Part shown: positions 9,670 through 18,908 of the stretch, one piece after another
Numbering within the stretch: the stretch's first letter is position 1
How the letters are laid out: every line of letters begins with the position of its first letter
Origin: Chryseobacterium sp.
Lineage (GTDB): Bacteria; Bacteroidota; Bacteroidia; Flavobacteriales; Weeksellaceae
DNA: 64,000 bases
Assembly: GCA_030146295.1 (NCBI GenBank)
Contig: JASLCD010000202.1
Coordinates: 7,178 to 71,177, forward strand
Reading direction: 5' to 3'
Notes under the pieces: model-generated
Told to the model about the DNA's origin: nothing
The model's database searches: none
Seen by the model: the letters and a program-made list of their open reading frames with translations, nothing else
Program-made: the position numbers and the translations under genes

Positions 9670-10539
9670 ATGAAAAAATCATATTTATTATTACATCTGG
9701 CCGTAATACTTGCCGGATTTACTGGGGTATTCGGAAAATTGATATCCCTTAATGAGGGACTTTTAACCTGGTACAGAGTTCTGTTTTCTTTTATTATTCT
9801 GTTTTTTATCCTGAAAATATTTAAGATTCCCAATACCGCTTCAGGAAAAGAAAAGCTGAAAATTGCTCAGGTAGGTCTTCTTATTACCTTACATTGGGTG
9901 CTGTTCTATGCAAGTATCAAATATTCCAATATCTCCATTGGGGTGGTCTGCTATTGTCTTACCAGCTTTTTTACCGCTTTATTAAAGCCTCTTATTGACC
10001 GGCAGAAATTCAGGGTATCAGAATTGGGGCTCAGTACCTTGACACTGTTAGGAATCAGTCTGATCTTCCACTTTGATGCCTCTTACCAGCTGGGAATTAT
10101 TCTCGGAGTATTTTCTTCTGCTGTTGCTGCACTCTACACCATATATAATGAACGTCTGGTCCAGCGTTTTGACAGCATTGTTATCAACTATTATCAGATG
10201 TTGGCCGGCACAATATGCCTCGGAGCAATTTTGCCCATATATCTCCTCTATTTCAAAGCAGATAGCATAGTCCCTGGATTAAAAGACACGGCTTATTTGG
10301 GGCTCTTATCGCTTTTTTGTACTGTAGGTCTGTATGTGATATTTGCTGAAGTTTTAAAGAAAATTCCGGCCTTTACAGTCAATTTAACCTTCAATCTGGA
10401 GCCGGTGTATGCTATTATTATTGCCTTTTTATTTTTTGATGAAAGTAAGGAAGTTAATCTTTCTTTTTATATAGGATTGGCATTTATTATTGCTTCGGTA
10501 GTTTTGCAGACACTTATTTCGCTGAAGAATGCAAAATAA
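9670..10539 (+). CDS. DMT/EamA family transporter
   Basis: About 10 TM segments in two repeats; NLEPVYAII motif. Confidence 0.9.
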   Translation: MKKSYLLLHLAVILAGFTGVFGKLISLNEGLLTWYRVLFSFIILFFILKIFKIPNTASGKEKLKIAQVGLLITLHWVLFYASIKYSNISIGVVCYCLTSFFTALLKPLIDRQKFRVSELGLSTLTLLGISLIFHFDASYQLGIILGVFSSAVAALYTIYNERLVQRFDSIVINYYQMLAGTICLGAILPIYLLYFKADSIVPGLKDTAYLGLLSLFCTVGLYVIFAEVLKKIPAFTVNLTFNLEPVYAIIIAFLFFDESKEVNLSFYIGLAFIIASVVLQTLISLKNAK

Positions 10540-10566
10540 TAAAGGTTAAACCATTTTATTTAAATG

Positions 10567-10605
10567 AAGACCGGACACTTAAGCTTAAGTGTCCGGTCTT
10601 TTTTA
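10567..10605. terminator. Perfect 34-bp palindrome, terminator between convergent genes
   Basis: AAGACCGGACACTTAAGCTTAAGTGTCCGGTCTT (10567-10600) followed by a T-run. Confidence 0.8.
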
Positions 10606-10632
10606 TTGCAAGTTTAGAATAAAATACAAATC

Positions 10633-11415
10633 CTATTTATTCACTCCCAATCCGTTATACAACTGAACCTGCCATATTCCCAATACTTCTTTAAGCATCA
10701 CAAAAGTAAAGGCGGCATTATAACTGTTGGGAAATACCGTTATTTCAGTATCTATAAAATCTGAGGCCTGCGGAATAGGTTTTAATCCAAAGGTCTGAAA
10801 AAGAGCAACCGATCTTTTCATATGGAAACCGGAAGTTACCAGATAAACATTGGTGGGTGCTATTTTTTTTAATAATGGGCTTGAGAATTTTGCATTTTCA
10901 TACGTATTCATGCTTTTATCTTCCTTGATAATATCAGTATCCGGTACTCCCATTTTTTTAAAATTCTCGCTGAATAGTGCTGCTTCACTTATATGTCCTC
11001 TTCCTTTCCCGGAAATCAGGATTTTACAGGATTGATTGTTTTTCCTGTATTCATGATACAGTTCATACGCTTTCACAATTCTTGAATAAGACATGGTATG
11101 CAGGGTTTCCTTATTGTGGATGTTGATCACTCCGCCACCCAATACAACGATAACGGGATTTTGTGAAGCTGTATTCTTTATCTCAGAAGTATTGAGATAA
11201 TTTTTTTGCAGATATCCTGAGATCAGCTTCCCCAGAAAACCATTTCCTATAAAAATGATCATCAAAATGGCTGCTACTCCAATTCCTATTCTCAGATTTT
11301 TACTTTTATTTTTTCTTTTCAACAGAGCAATGATCGCTATTGCAAGAAATACTAAAAAATAGGGTTCTGTAAAAAGCTGTAAGACACGAAATAAAAGGTC
11401 GAGTAAAAATTTCAT
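10633..11415 (-). CDS. YdcF/DUF218 (ElyC-like) envelope protein
   Basis: IVVLGGG, ILISG, SEA, EDKSMNTYENA, LVTSGFHMKRS, KEVLG. Confidence 0.9.
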   Translation of the reverse strand: MKFLLDLLFRVLQLFTEPYFLVFLAIAIIALLKRKNKSKNLRIGIGVAAILMIIFIGNGFLGKLISGYLQKNYLNTSEIKNTASQNPVIVVLGGGVINIHNKETLHTMSYSRIVKAYELYHEYRKNNQSCKILISGKGRGHISEAALFSENFKKMGVPDTDIIKEDKSMNTYENAKFSSPLLKKIAPTNVYLVTSGFHMKRSVALFQTFGLKPIPQASDFIDTEITVFPNSYNAAFTFVMLKEVLGIWQVQLYNGLGVNK

Positions 11416-11569
11416 CTTCTGAATATGGATTAGCGTTTAGAAAACATCGAATGCCCAAAGATAAGGTAATTTCGTGAATACAGCTTTCCTCAATACATAT
11501 TTCAAGGGTCTGCTTGAAGTGATTTTACTTTTTATTTAATAATTTTATACGATCAGAATACTGAACACA

Positions 11570-12382
11570 ATGGATTATCAAACCTTCCCGCCACACGCGG
11601 ATCTGGCTTCTATTATAAAATGCTACTGGACACTGGATAGCCCCCGGGAAGTGTATCCCCAGGTACAAACCATCGTGCCGGACGGATGTATGGAAATGAT
11701 TTTTCATTATGGTGATCTTTATAACCAATATATCGACGGAAAGGCCGTTCTACAGCCCAGAAGCTGTGTTTTCGGACAACTCACCGAGCCTTTAAAAATA
11801 GAACCAACGGGTGTTACCGGTATTTTCTCTGTCCGTTTTCATCATGACGGCTTTATTCCTTTTGCCACCATTCCTATTAAAGAAATGGATGATCAGGCGG
11901 TTCCGTTAGAAAAACTCTTCGGAAATCACGGAAGAGCATTGGAAGAAAAAGTCCTGCAGGCCCCTACAGTAAGGCAAAAAATAGAGCATGTAGAAGTATT
12001 TTTACTGGAAAGACTGAATGCTGAAACCATTGACGGTATTGTACAGGCTACTGTAGATCTGCTTCTGAACGTCAGCGGGAAAATATCGGTAAACGAACTA
12101 TCCAGACAGACGAACATCAACCGAAGACAACTGGAACGCAAATTTTCTTCTGCTATCGGACTGAGTCCGAAACAGCTTTCAAAGACCATCCGGCTTCAAA
12201 CGACGCTGAAGCATCTTCTCAATAAGGAATATACCAGTCTTACAGCGCTTGCCCTGGAATCTGAATACTATGATCAGGCCCATTTTATCAAAGATTTCAA
12301 AGAGTTTACAGGATTTACTCCTAAGGAGTTTTATGGGGATACGCTGCAAATGTCTCTCCTGTTCTATGGAAAAGATTTCTAA
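11570..12382 (+). CDS. AraC-family regulator (DUF6597 N-terminal domain)
   Basis: IVPDGCME; RQLERKF...GLSPK; YYDQAHFIKDFKEFTGFTP. Confidence 0.9.
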   Translation: MDYQTFPPHADLASIIKCYWTLDSPREVYPQVQTIVPDGCMEMIFHYGDLYNQYIDGKAVLQPRSCVFGQLTEPLKIEPTGVTGIFSVRFHHDGFIPFATIPIKEMDDQAVPLEKLFGNHGRALEEKVLQAPTVRQKIEHVEVFLLERLNAETIDGIVQATVDLLLNVSGKISVNELSRQTNINRRQLERKFSSAIGLSPKQLSKTIRLQTTLKHLLNKEYTSLTALALESEYYDQAHFIKDFKEFTGFTPKEFYGDTLQMSLLFYGKDF

Positions 12383-12447
12383 TGTCGCATTTTTACAATT
12401 TTGCAAGATCCTTTATTTTGAACTTTGCTGCATAAAATGATTGGACA

Positions 12448-12921
12448 ATGAAAACAAAATTAATCCTTGCCGTGATCGGTCTATCCCTTGCAGGCAGCTG
12501 GACTCAGCAACACAATGAAACAAAAAAAATAGAATGGCTTCTCGGTACCTGGGAAACCCAAACCTCCAAAGGAAGTCTTTACGAAACATGGACCCGAAAA
12601 AGTAAAACTGAATTCCAGGGAAAAAGCTATTACCTGAAGCAGAAAGATACCCTCCTTTTTGAGTCGGTGCGGTTGGTAGAGAAAGATAAGAAACTGCACT
12701 ACATCGTTTCTGTAAAGAGCCATAACCATGAGCAGCCCGTAGATTTTGCTTCAAAAGCTATTAAAGATCCGGGTGTACTTGTATTTGAAAACCTTCAGCA
12801 CGATTTTCCTCAGACCATTACCTATAAAAGAGGGAGCAAAGATTCTTTATTTGCTGAAATCTCCGGCATGATGAACGGAAAAATGGCTAAACAGGCTTTC
12901 CCTATGAAGAAAATAAAATAA
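12448..12921 (+). CDS. Secreted DUF6265-like protein
   Basis: WLLGTW, YETW, FENLQHDFPQTITY. Confidence 0.75.
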   Translation: MKTKLILAVIGLSLAGSWTQQHNETKKIEWLLGTWETQTSKGSLYETWTRKSKTEFQGKSYYLKQKDTLLFESVRLVEKDKKLHYIVSVKSHNHEQPVDFASKAIKDPGVLVFENLQHDFPQTITYKRGSKDSLFAEISGMMNGKMAKQAFPMKKIK

Positions 12922-13362
12922 AAGGTCTGCTTTTATCTTGTTTACTGTAAGCGCGTTTTTGAAACTATGCAGTGTCTTGATGGCTAAAAATGATAAGGAT
13001 AATTTAACGCAATTTATTTTTCTGTTTATACAATTATTTTATACATTTGCAGTCATTAAACAACACACCTTTTAGTGTTTTAATAAAAAAACTAAAGCTA
13101 TTCCAGTGAAAAAGCGCAAAAACATCAACGTCTTTATGACCGTAGTCCACATATTTCTGGACAGGCATTTCTGTAAGGAAAAAAACAAAAATTCTTATCA
13201 GAATATAAAGAGACTATTTCAGTCTTAAGCGGCAAGAATCCCTCTTTAAGACAGAGATCATCAGATTTTAAGCTGTCAAAACAACCCTATACAGGAAAGA
13301 GAAAAAACAGATGCCTTTCCGTAGGATTATTATCTTCTGCATCAGTATTTTATAACGATATA

Positions 13363-13395
13363 GTTTCGGCGGCCTCCGGCCGCCGAAACCTTTTT
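13363..13395 (+). terminator. GC-rich hairpin with T-run (REP-like)
   Basis: GTTTCGGCGGCC-TCC-GGCCGCCGAAAC-CTTTTT. Confidence 0.7.
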
Positions 13396-13835
13396 ATACA
13401 ACTTTCATCAGGCAAGTCCACCTGCTCACTCATTATCCCCTAAAGTAAAGTATCTCAATCGATAAAGCTTTGGGTTTAAAGAATAAACTTATTTTGAAAT
13501 AATGATATTCAAATTGGCTTGAATCTTCGAGTCTTTTAAACCGTAAGCCAACGTAATGGGTTTAAAAAATAGCTTCATCACACAAGCCCATTTACCCCCT
13601 TTGTCTCCTAGAATAAAGCACCTCTTAACAGATAAAACTTTGCGTTAAAAAAAATCCTGAGCTTCATTTCATACCAGTTCCCAGGGCCGATAAAATAAGA
13701 CTTTTAACAGATTAAGTTTGGGATTATAGTATTAAAAAATTCTGAACAGATTTACTCACAAAATTAATATTATCTCAATGCAAGATGGTTTTAAAAAAAA
13801 TAATTTTGCCATGTAATTTTAACATAATTAATGAT

Positions 13836-14600
13836 ATGTCAACAGTTCTTAAAACATTTGTAGCCTATCTTAAAAGACCTGCTCTTTATCCGGAACTGGG
13901 CAGAAAAATCATTAAAAATACGGTAAGAAGAAAAAGTCCGTTTAAAGGAAAAGCAAAAGCAAATTACTGGGCTGCTTCTATAGCTGTTTCTCAGAAAGAG
14001 GCCGTGTCCAGACTGTTCTCTATGAATACGGATGATTTCAAAAACAAATATGCTGATATTCTGGAAAAAGCCCATGCAAAAGAGAAAGAATGCCCTATTA
14101 GAATGGGTGGGCCTGGTGCATTGGAGCTTATTTATTACGCCTGCGAATTTACTAAAGCACAAAATGTTCTTGAAACAGGAGTTGCTTATGGATGGTCTTC
14201 ACTAGCCATATTGCTTTCTCTTCAGAAAAGAAACGGTACGCTATATAGCTCGGATATGCCTTATCTTGCTCAGAATGGTGATGAGCATGTAGGCTATATT
14301 GTTCCTGAAAATCTTAAAAAATATTGGAAGCTATTCCGTTTTGCAGATAGAGAATCTTTGCCGAAAATTTTCAGACAGGTTTCCTCTTTTGATGTTTTTC
14401 ACTATGATTCTGACAAAAGTTACCATGGAAGAATGTGGGCTTATCATAGAATCTATAAAAGACTGAGACCGGGCTCTGTGTTTATCAGTGATGATATCGG
14501 AGACAATTCAGCATATCAGGATTTTTGCAACAGAATGAATATCAGTACTTTTGTTGTAGAATATAACGGGAAATATATCGGTGTTTTTGTAAGACAATAG
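13836..14600 (+). CDS. Class I SAM-dependent methyltransferase (Methyltransf_24-like)
   Basis: VLETGVAYGWSS, DVFHYDSDKSY, FISDD; TAATTTTG -7 box at 13801-13808 supports ATG 13836. Confidence 0.85.
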   Translation: MSTVLKTFVAYLKRPALYPELGRKIIKNTVRRKSPFKGKAKANYWAASIAVSQKEAVSRLFSMNTDDFKNKYADILEKAHAKEKECPIRMGGPGALELIYYACEFTKAQNVLETGVAYGWSSLAILLSLQKRNGTLYSSDMPYLAQNGDEHVGYIVPENLKKYWKLFRFADRESLPKIFRQVSSFDVFHYDSDKSYHGRMWAYHRIYKRLRPGSVFISDDIGDNSAYQDFCNRMNISTFVVEYNGKYIGVFVRQ

Positions 14601-14879
14601 CTTCTTGCGCATCAGACAAATATCATAGATTACTACGCTTCAAAAAAAAAACGAAATATCCAAATCTGTGGGAAACGCTTCACACCGCTTCATCAGGCAA
14701 GAATAGTTTTTCATAATCTGCCGATTTCTCTTTCGGTGAAATAATCGCCTTTAGTTGAAGATTTGGAAGTAAGACCTTACGCATACTTCCCTGTTCTCAT
14801 TTAAAAATTCAAAGCTCAACAATATATCCTTTATATTTTTGAGCTTTTTTCATTAAAATAAAAAATTTATTGCAAAATA

Positions 14880-14928
14880 TTTGCGTAGCTGAATAACTAC
14901 ACATATATTTGTAGTCAAATAACTACAC
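14880..14928 (+). promoter_or_regulatory. Bacteroidetes sigma-A promoter overlapped by two ArsR-type operators
   Basis: TTTG (14880)-N20-TATATTTG (14904); GTAG-N8-CTAC palindromes at 14885 and 14911. Confidence 0.8.
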
Positions 14929-14929
14929 A

Positions 14930-15265
14930 ATGAATTTAAGAAGAGATGTTTTTCAGGCGATAGCAGATCCTACCAGACGATCTATATTGATGTTGGTGGC
15001 GGCACAGTCGATGACGGCGGGAGCCATTGCCTCCAATTTTGATACGGCGAGACCTACTGTTTCCAAGCATCTCCAGATCCTTACCGAGTGCGAACTCTTA
15101 AGATCCGAACAAAACGGCCGCGAAATTATCTATCACCTCAATCCCAATAAAATGAAAGAAATAGCCGATTTTATAGAACCCTTCCGCAAAATGTGGGACG
15201 AAAAATTCAATAAGCTGGAAGATGTGATGAAAGCGTATCAGAAATTAAAAAGGATAGACGAATAG
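14930..15265 (+). CDS. ArsR/SmtB family regulator
   Basis: [15 protein letters not shown]...[11 protein letters not shown]. Confidence 0.95.
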   Translation: MNLRRDVFQAIADPTRRSILMLVAAQSMTAGAIASNFDTARPTVSKHLQILTECELLRSEQNGREIIYHLNPNKMKEIADFIEPFRKMWDEKFNKLEDVMKAYQKLKRIDE

Positions 15266-15319
15266 ATAATAGACGTACAATCGTGTCAATTCTCTCCAAC
15301 TCAAAACCAAACTCAAAAT

Positions 15320-15784
15320 ATGGAACTCAAAACAAAAATTCACGCCGAAGACGGAAAGCAGGAAATCTTTATCACCAGAGAATTTGATCTTCCTGTAGAA
15401 TTACTTTTCAAGGCGTATACAGAAGCTGAACTTTTCGAACAATGGATGGGAACCAAAGTGACCAGATTTGACAACAAACAGCACGGAAGTTACCGTTTCG
15501 AAACTCTAAACCCTCAAGGTGATGTAGTTTTCAGTGCCAATGGAACCATTCATGATATTGTTCAGAATGAGAAAATTACAAGAACTTTTCAGATGGAAAA
15601 CACCCCTTTTCCCCCTCAGTTCGAGTTTTTAGTATTTGAAAAACTAACGGATAACACGAGCAAAATCACGATTCAGACCATTTATAAATCTGTAGACTTC
15701 AGAGATCAGCACCTGAAAATGCCGTTTGCACAGGGTATTAATAGGGCGCATAATCGATTGCAAGACCTATTTAGAAACCAATAG
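15320..15784 (+). CDS. SRPBCC/AHSA1 domain protein
   Basis: ITREFDLPVELLFKAYT...WMG. Confidence 0.9.
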   Translation: MELKTKIHAEDGKQEIFITREFDLPVELLFKAYTEAELFEQWMGTKVTRFDNKQHGSYRFETLNPQGDVVFSANGTIHDIVQNEKITRTFQMENTPFPPQFEFLVFEKLTDNTSKITIQTIYKSVDFRDQHLKMPFAQGINRAHNRLQDLFRNQ

Positions 15785-15935
15785 ATAATAGACGAAGAGA
15801 TGAAAGATGATGATGTCAATAGTGTATTTTGCATCATAATGTATCAGTAAAGAGATAACAACATCAAACATTAACCCCTCCTACGCTCTCACTCTAACAT
15901 TCTCCAACCCCGGAAAACCCTCAAACTCAAAACCC

Positions 15936-16514
15936 ATGAATACAAAAGTTGATTTTTTCTTCAATAAAGCCACCCAATGGAAAGAAGAATTTGAAAAATT
16001 AAGAACCATTGCTCTAAGTACCGAATTGGTAGAAGATCTGAAATGGGGCTGCCCGTGCTATACCTACGAAGGCAAGAATATTTTTCTGATTCACGGTTTT
16101 AAGGAATACTGTGCACTCCTTTTCTTTAAAGGGGCTTTGATGAAAGATCCGGACCAGATTTTGATCCAGCAAAGTGAAAATGTACAGGCAGCAAGACAGG
16201 TGCGTTTTACTGATGCAGCGCAGATCAATGATTTGGAGGATATTCTTCGCCAGTATATGTTTGAAGCGGTTGAAATTGAAGAATCAGGCGCCAAAGTTGA
16301 AATGAAAAAAACCAGAGAGTTTGAAATGGCTGAAGAGTTTCAGGAAAAACTGGATCACGATCCGGCATTACAAGAAGCTTTTGAAGCATTAACTCCGGGA
16401 AGACAAAGGGCTTACCTACTCTACTTCTCCTCTGCCAAGCAGTCCAAAACCCGCGAAGCCCGCATTGAAAAGTGCATTCCACAAATTTTTGAAGGAAAAG
16501 GATTAAATGATTAA
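15936..16514 (+). CDS. YdeI/OmpD-associated (DUF1801) protein
   Basis: LKWGCPCY, FFKGALMKDP, LTPGRQRAY...AKQSKTREARIEK. Confidence 0.9.
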   Translation: MNTKVDFFFNKATQWKEEFEKLRTIALSTELVEDLKWGCPCYTYEGKNIFLIHGFKEYCALLFFKGALMKDPDQILIQQSENVQAARQVRFTDAAQINDLEDILRQYMFEAVEIEESGAKVEMKKTREFEMAEEFQEKLDHDPALQEAFEALTPGRQRAYLLYFSSAKQSKTREARIEKCIPQIFEGKGLND

Positions 16515-16529
16515 CCTAAAAAAAAGATC

Positions 16530-16928
16530 ATGAACACCCCAAATCTATCAACAAAAAGAACAAAGATCATCTATTGGATATTCACCCTTTGGATGGCATT
16601 GGGAATGGTTTCTACCGCCATTGTCCAACTGATAAAAAATAAAGATGAACTGGCTAATTTTGCCAACCTCGGCTACCCTTCTTACCTGATGACGATCATC
16701 GGCGTATGGAAAATACTGGGGGTAATTGCTATATTGATTCCAAAGCGTTTACTGTTAAAAGAATGGGCGTATGCAGGATTTTTCTTCGTCATGTCCGGAG
16801 CAGTCATTTCGCACCTTATCGTCAGTGACACTGCAGGAAGAACTTTCCCGGCCGTATTATTATTCGTATTGGTTCTTATTTCCTGGTATTTCAGACCTGC
16901 AGACAGAAAAATCACTGTTATTGATTAA
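16530..16928 (+). CDS. DoxX-like membrane protein
   Basis: LGYPSY...KILG...LKEWAYAGF...GA.ISH. Confidence 0.9.
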   Translation: MNTPNLSTKRTKIIYWIFTLWMALGMVSTAIVQLIKNKDELANFANLGYPSYLMTIIGVWKILGVIAILIPKRLLLKEWAYAGFFFVMSGAVISHLIVSDTAGRTFPAVLLFVLVLISWYFRPADRKITVID

Positions 16929-17061
16929 TAGTTTTAAGAGTAAAAATTAAATACATTTTATCTAAGATAAAATCTTTGTGCCTTATATAAAACCTCATCA
17001 GCAAAACTTGCGTCTTTGCAATTTCCAACAATGCAACACAGCAAGCTGTAAAAAAAATGAT

Positions 17062-17616
17062 ATGAAAAAGAAACTAACCCAGGAACAAATCAACGAACTT
17101 TTAAAAACACTAAAAGCCCGTTTTGAAAAAAATATGAACCGTCATAAAGACCTTAAGTGGGAAAAAATCCAACCAAAACTGGAAGCTCATCCCGAAAAAA
17201 TAGGGTCTCTGTACGAAATGGAAACCACAGAAGGCGAACCCGACGTAGTAAATTACAATATCCAAACAGATGAATACTTCTTCGTTGACTGTTCTCCGGA
17301 AAGCCCCAAACGCCGAAGCCTATGCTATGACTACCAGGCATGGAATGCCCGAAAAGCCAACAAACCTGAAAGCAACGTCATCGACAACGCTAAAGAAATG
17401 GGTATTGAACTCCTGACCGAGGAACAATACCGCCAACTACAGGAACTTGGAAAATTTGACCAAAAAACCTCAAGCTGGATACAGACCCCAGCCCCGATCC
17501 GGGAACTTGGAGGTGCACTTTTCTGCGACAGGCGATACAATACGGTATTCACCTATCACAATGGCGCAGATTCTTATTATGCAGCAAGAGGCTTTCGGGG
17601 AAGTTTGAGGGTGTAG
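17062..17616 (+). CDS. DUF4256 family protein
   Basis: METTEGEPDV, RRSLCYD, KTSSW, HNGADSYYAARGFRG; ATG at 17062. Confidence 0.9.
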   Translation: MKKKLTQEQINELLKTLKARFEKNMNRHKDLKWEKIQPKLEAHPEKIGSLYEMETTEGEPDVVNYNIQTDEYFFVDCSPESPKRRSLCYDYQAWNARKANKPESNVIDNAKEMGIELLTEEQYRQLQELGKFDQKTSSWIQTPAPIRELGGALFCDRRYNTVFTYHNGADSYYAARGFRGSLRV

Positions 17617-17664
17617 TATGGGTTTGAGAGTATGAGAGTGTGAAAAAACTCATTTCCAGTAAAA

Positions 17665-18624
17665 TTAGAAACCTTTCAACCAGGGAGATTCCACGCTCCA
17701 GAAGATAATTTTTACACCCAGAAAGTTTTCGGCGTAGGCTACAAACTCTTCTTTGGTGAAAGGTTTTTTCGTTTTCGGGTTTGTATAAGTTAATGTTGGC
17801 TCCTGAACCGCCATGGCCACAAGAGAAAGCTTTCCTTTGTACTGATTAAAAAAAGGATAGGAGTTTTTCATCTGTCCTTTTTTATCCGGGACAATATCCG
17901 GCCCTCCCAATCCGATATTATTTTTATAAGCAAAATCAAACAACCTGGACATGTATTGATGATCATTGTCCCACTCACAGGGAAAGAAATTCACATACTG
18001 CAATACATTGGATTGATGAAAAGCGTCTCTCGCAAACTTCAGATTTTCCAGTTCGGCCTGAAAATATCGGTCACAGCTAAAACCTGTTTTGTCTTTTTTC
18101 ATATCGATATCGATAGAGGTCTCCGGAAGGTTAATCCCTTGAATCTTTCCGTCAAACTTCTTGGCCAGCGCTCCTATAAGTTTTTGGAACCGTTCGCGGA
18201 CGGCAGAATTCCATTGCTGGGTAACCCATCCGCTTCCTACAGGTTTATTCTCTCCCGGATTGTCATATTGAGGAACCAATCCACCCGTATATTCTTTTCC
18301 GTTTAATACATAATCTGGAATGTATCTTGCCTGTGGCTCAAAAAACCTGTCCTGAAGCTGAATAAATAATTTTTTGTGCAGGGAAGTCAGGTAATTCAGA
18401 TCTTTCTCAATCACAGTGAAGTCATATACATCTTTTGACGTTTCCAACGCTCTCCAGTTATAAACAATCTGCACCCCGCCAATATCTTCCCGCGTGATCA
18501 TCTTTTCTATTGTTTTAAGATCTCCTGAGGATGTATAAATATAATTCTGAGGAGTTTGCGCTTTTATAAAGGAGAACCCCAGCATAAACAATCCTAACCC
18601 CAGTACTTTCGTCATCTTTTTCAT
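17665..18624 (-). CDS. Secreted protein, possibly glycoside-hydrolase-like TIM barrel
   Basis: Signal peptide; GVQIVYNWRALE...YDF, GINLPET and GLGGPD resemble GH-A-type barrels; family not assignable. Confidence 0.55.
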   Translation of the reverse strand: MKKMTKVLGLGLFMLGFSFIKAQTPQNYIYTSSGDLKTIEKMITREDIGGVQIVYNWRALETSKDVYDFTVIEKDLNYLTSLHKKLFIQLQDRFFEPQARYIPDYVLNGKEYTGGLVPQYDNPGENKPVGSGWVTQQWNSAVRERFQKLIGALAKKFDGKIQGINLPETSIDIDMKKDKTGFSCDRYFQAELENLKFARDAFHQSNVLQYVNFFPCEWDNDHQYMSRLFDFAYKNNIGLGGPDIVPDKKGQMKNSYPFFNQYKGKLSLVAMAVQEPTLTYTNPKTKKPFTKEEFVAYAENFLGVKIIFWSVESPWLKGF

Positions 18625-18908
18625 TACAATCAATTTTGCATGGTCAATCATTTTCCGTGCCTAAAACTTTTTATCATCTTCAAAAGCATTAAAATTGTTC
18701 TTATTGATCTACAATTTTTTACTCAACATATGAAACGTTATGAACACAGAAGATCACTATAAAAAATTAATAGGTTTTTTACATAGAATGGGTTCAATGG
18801 TACTCATAATGAATGGGAAATTATGGATATAAACGACACTCATGAAATGGATTTGATTTCAATTGATTTTCCGTTAACAGAAGAAACCAGCACCATTTTT
18901 TATAAGTT

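Noticed and set aside
13817..13844. Third dif-like site (TTTTAACATAA-TTAATG-ATATGTCAACA)
   Set aside because: One imperfect arm, no XerC-like partner, and it overlaps a start codon; plausible by chance in AT-rich DNA.
15250..15935. Short intergenic repeats (TAGATAATAGACG; CTCTC/CAAACTC runs)
   Set aside because: Low-complexity and degenerate, with no spacer structure or associated mobile gene.
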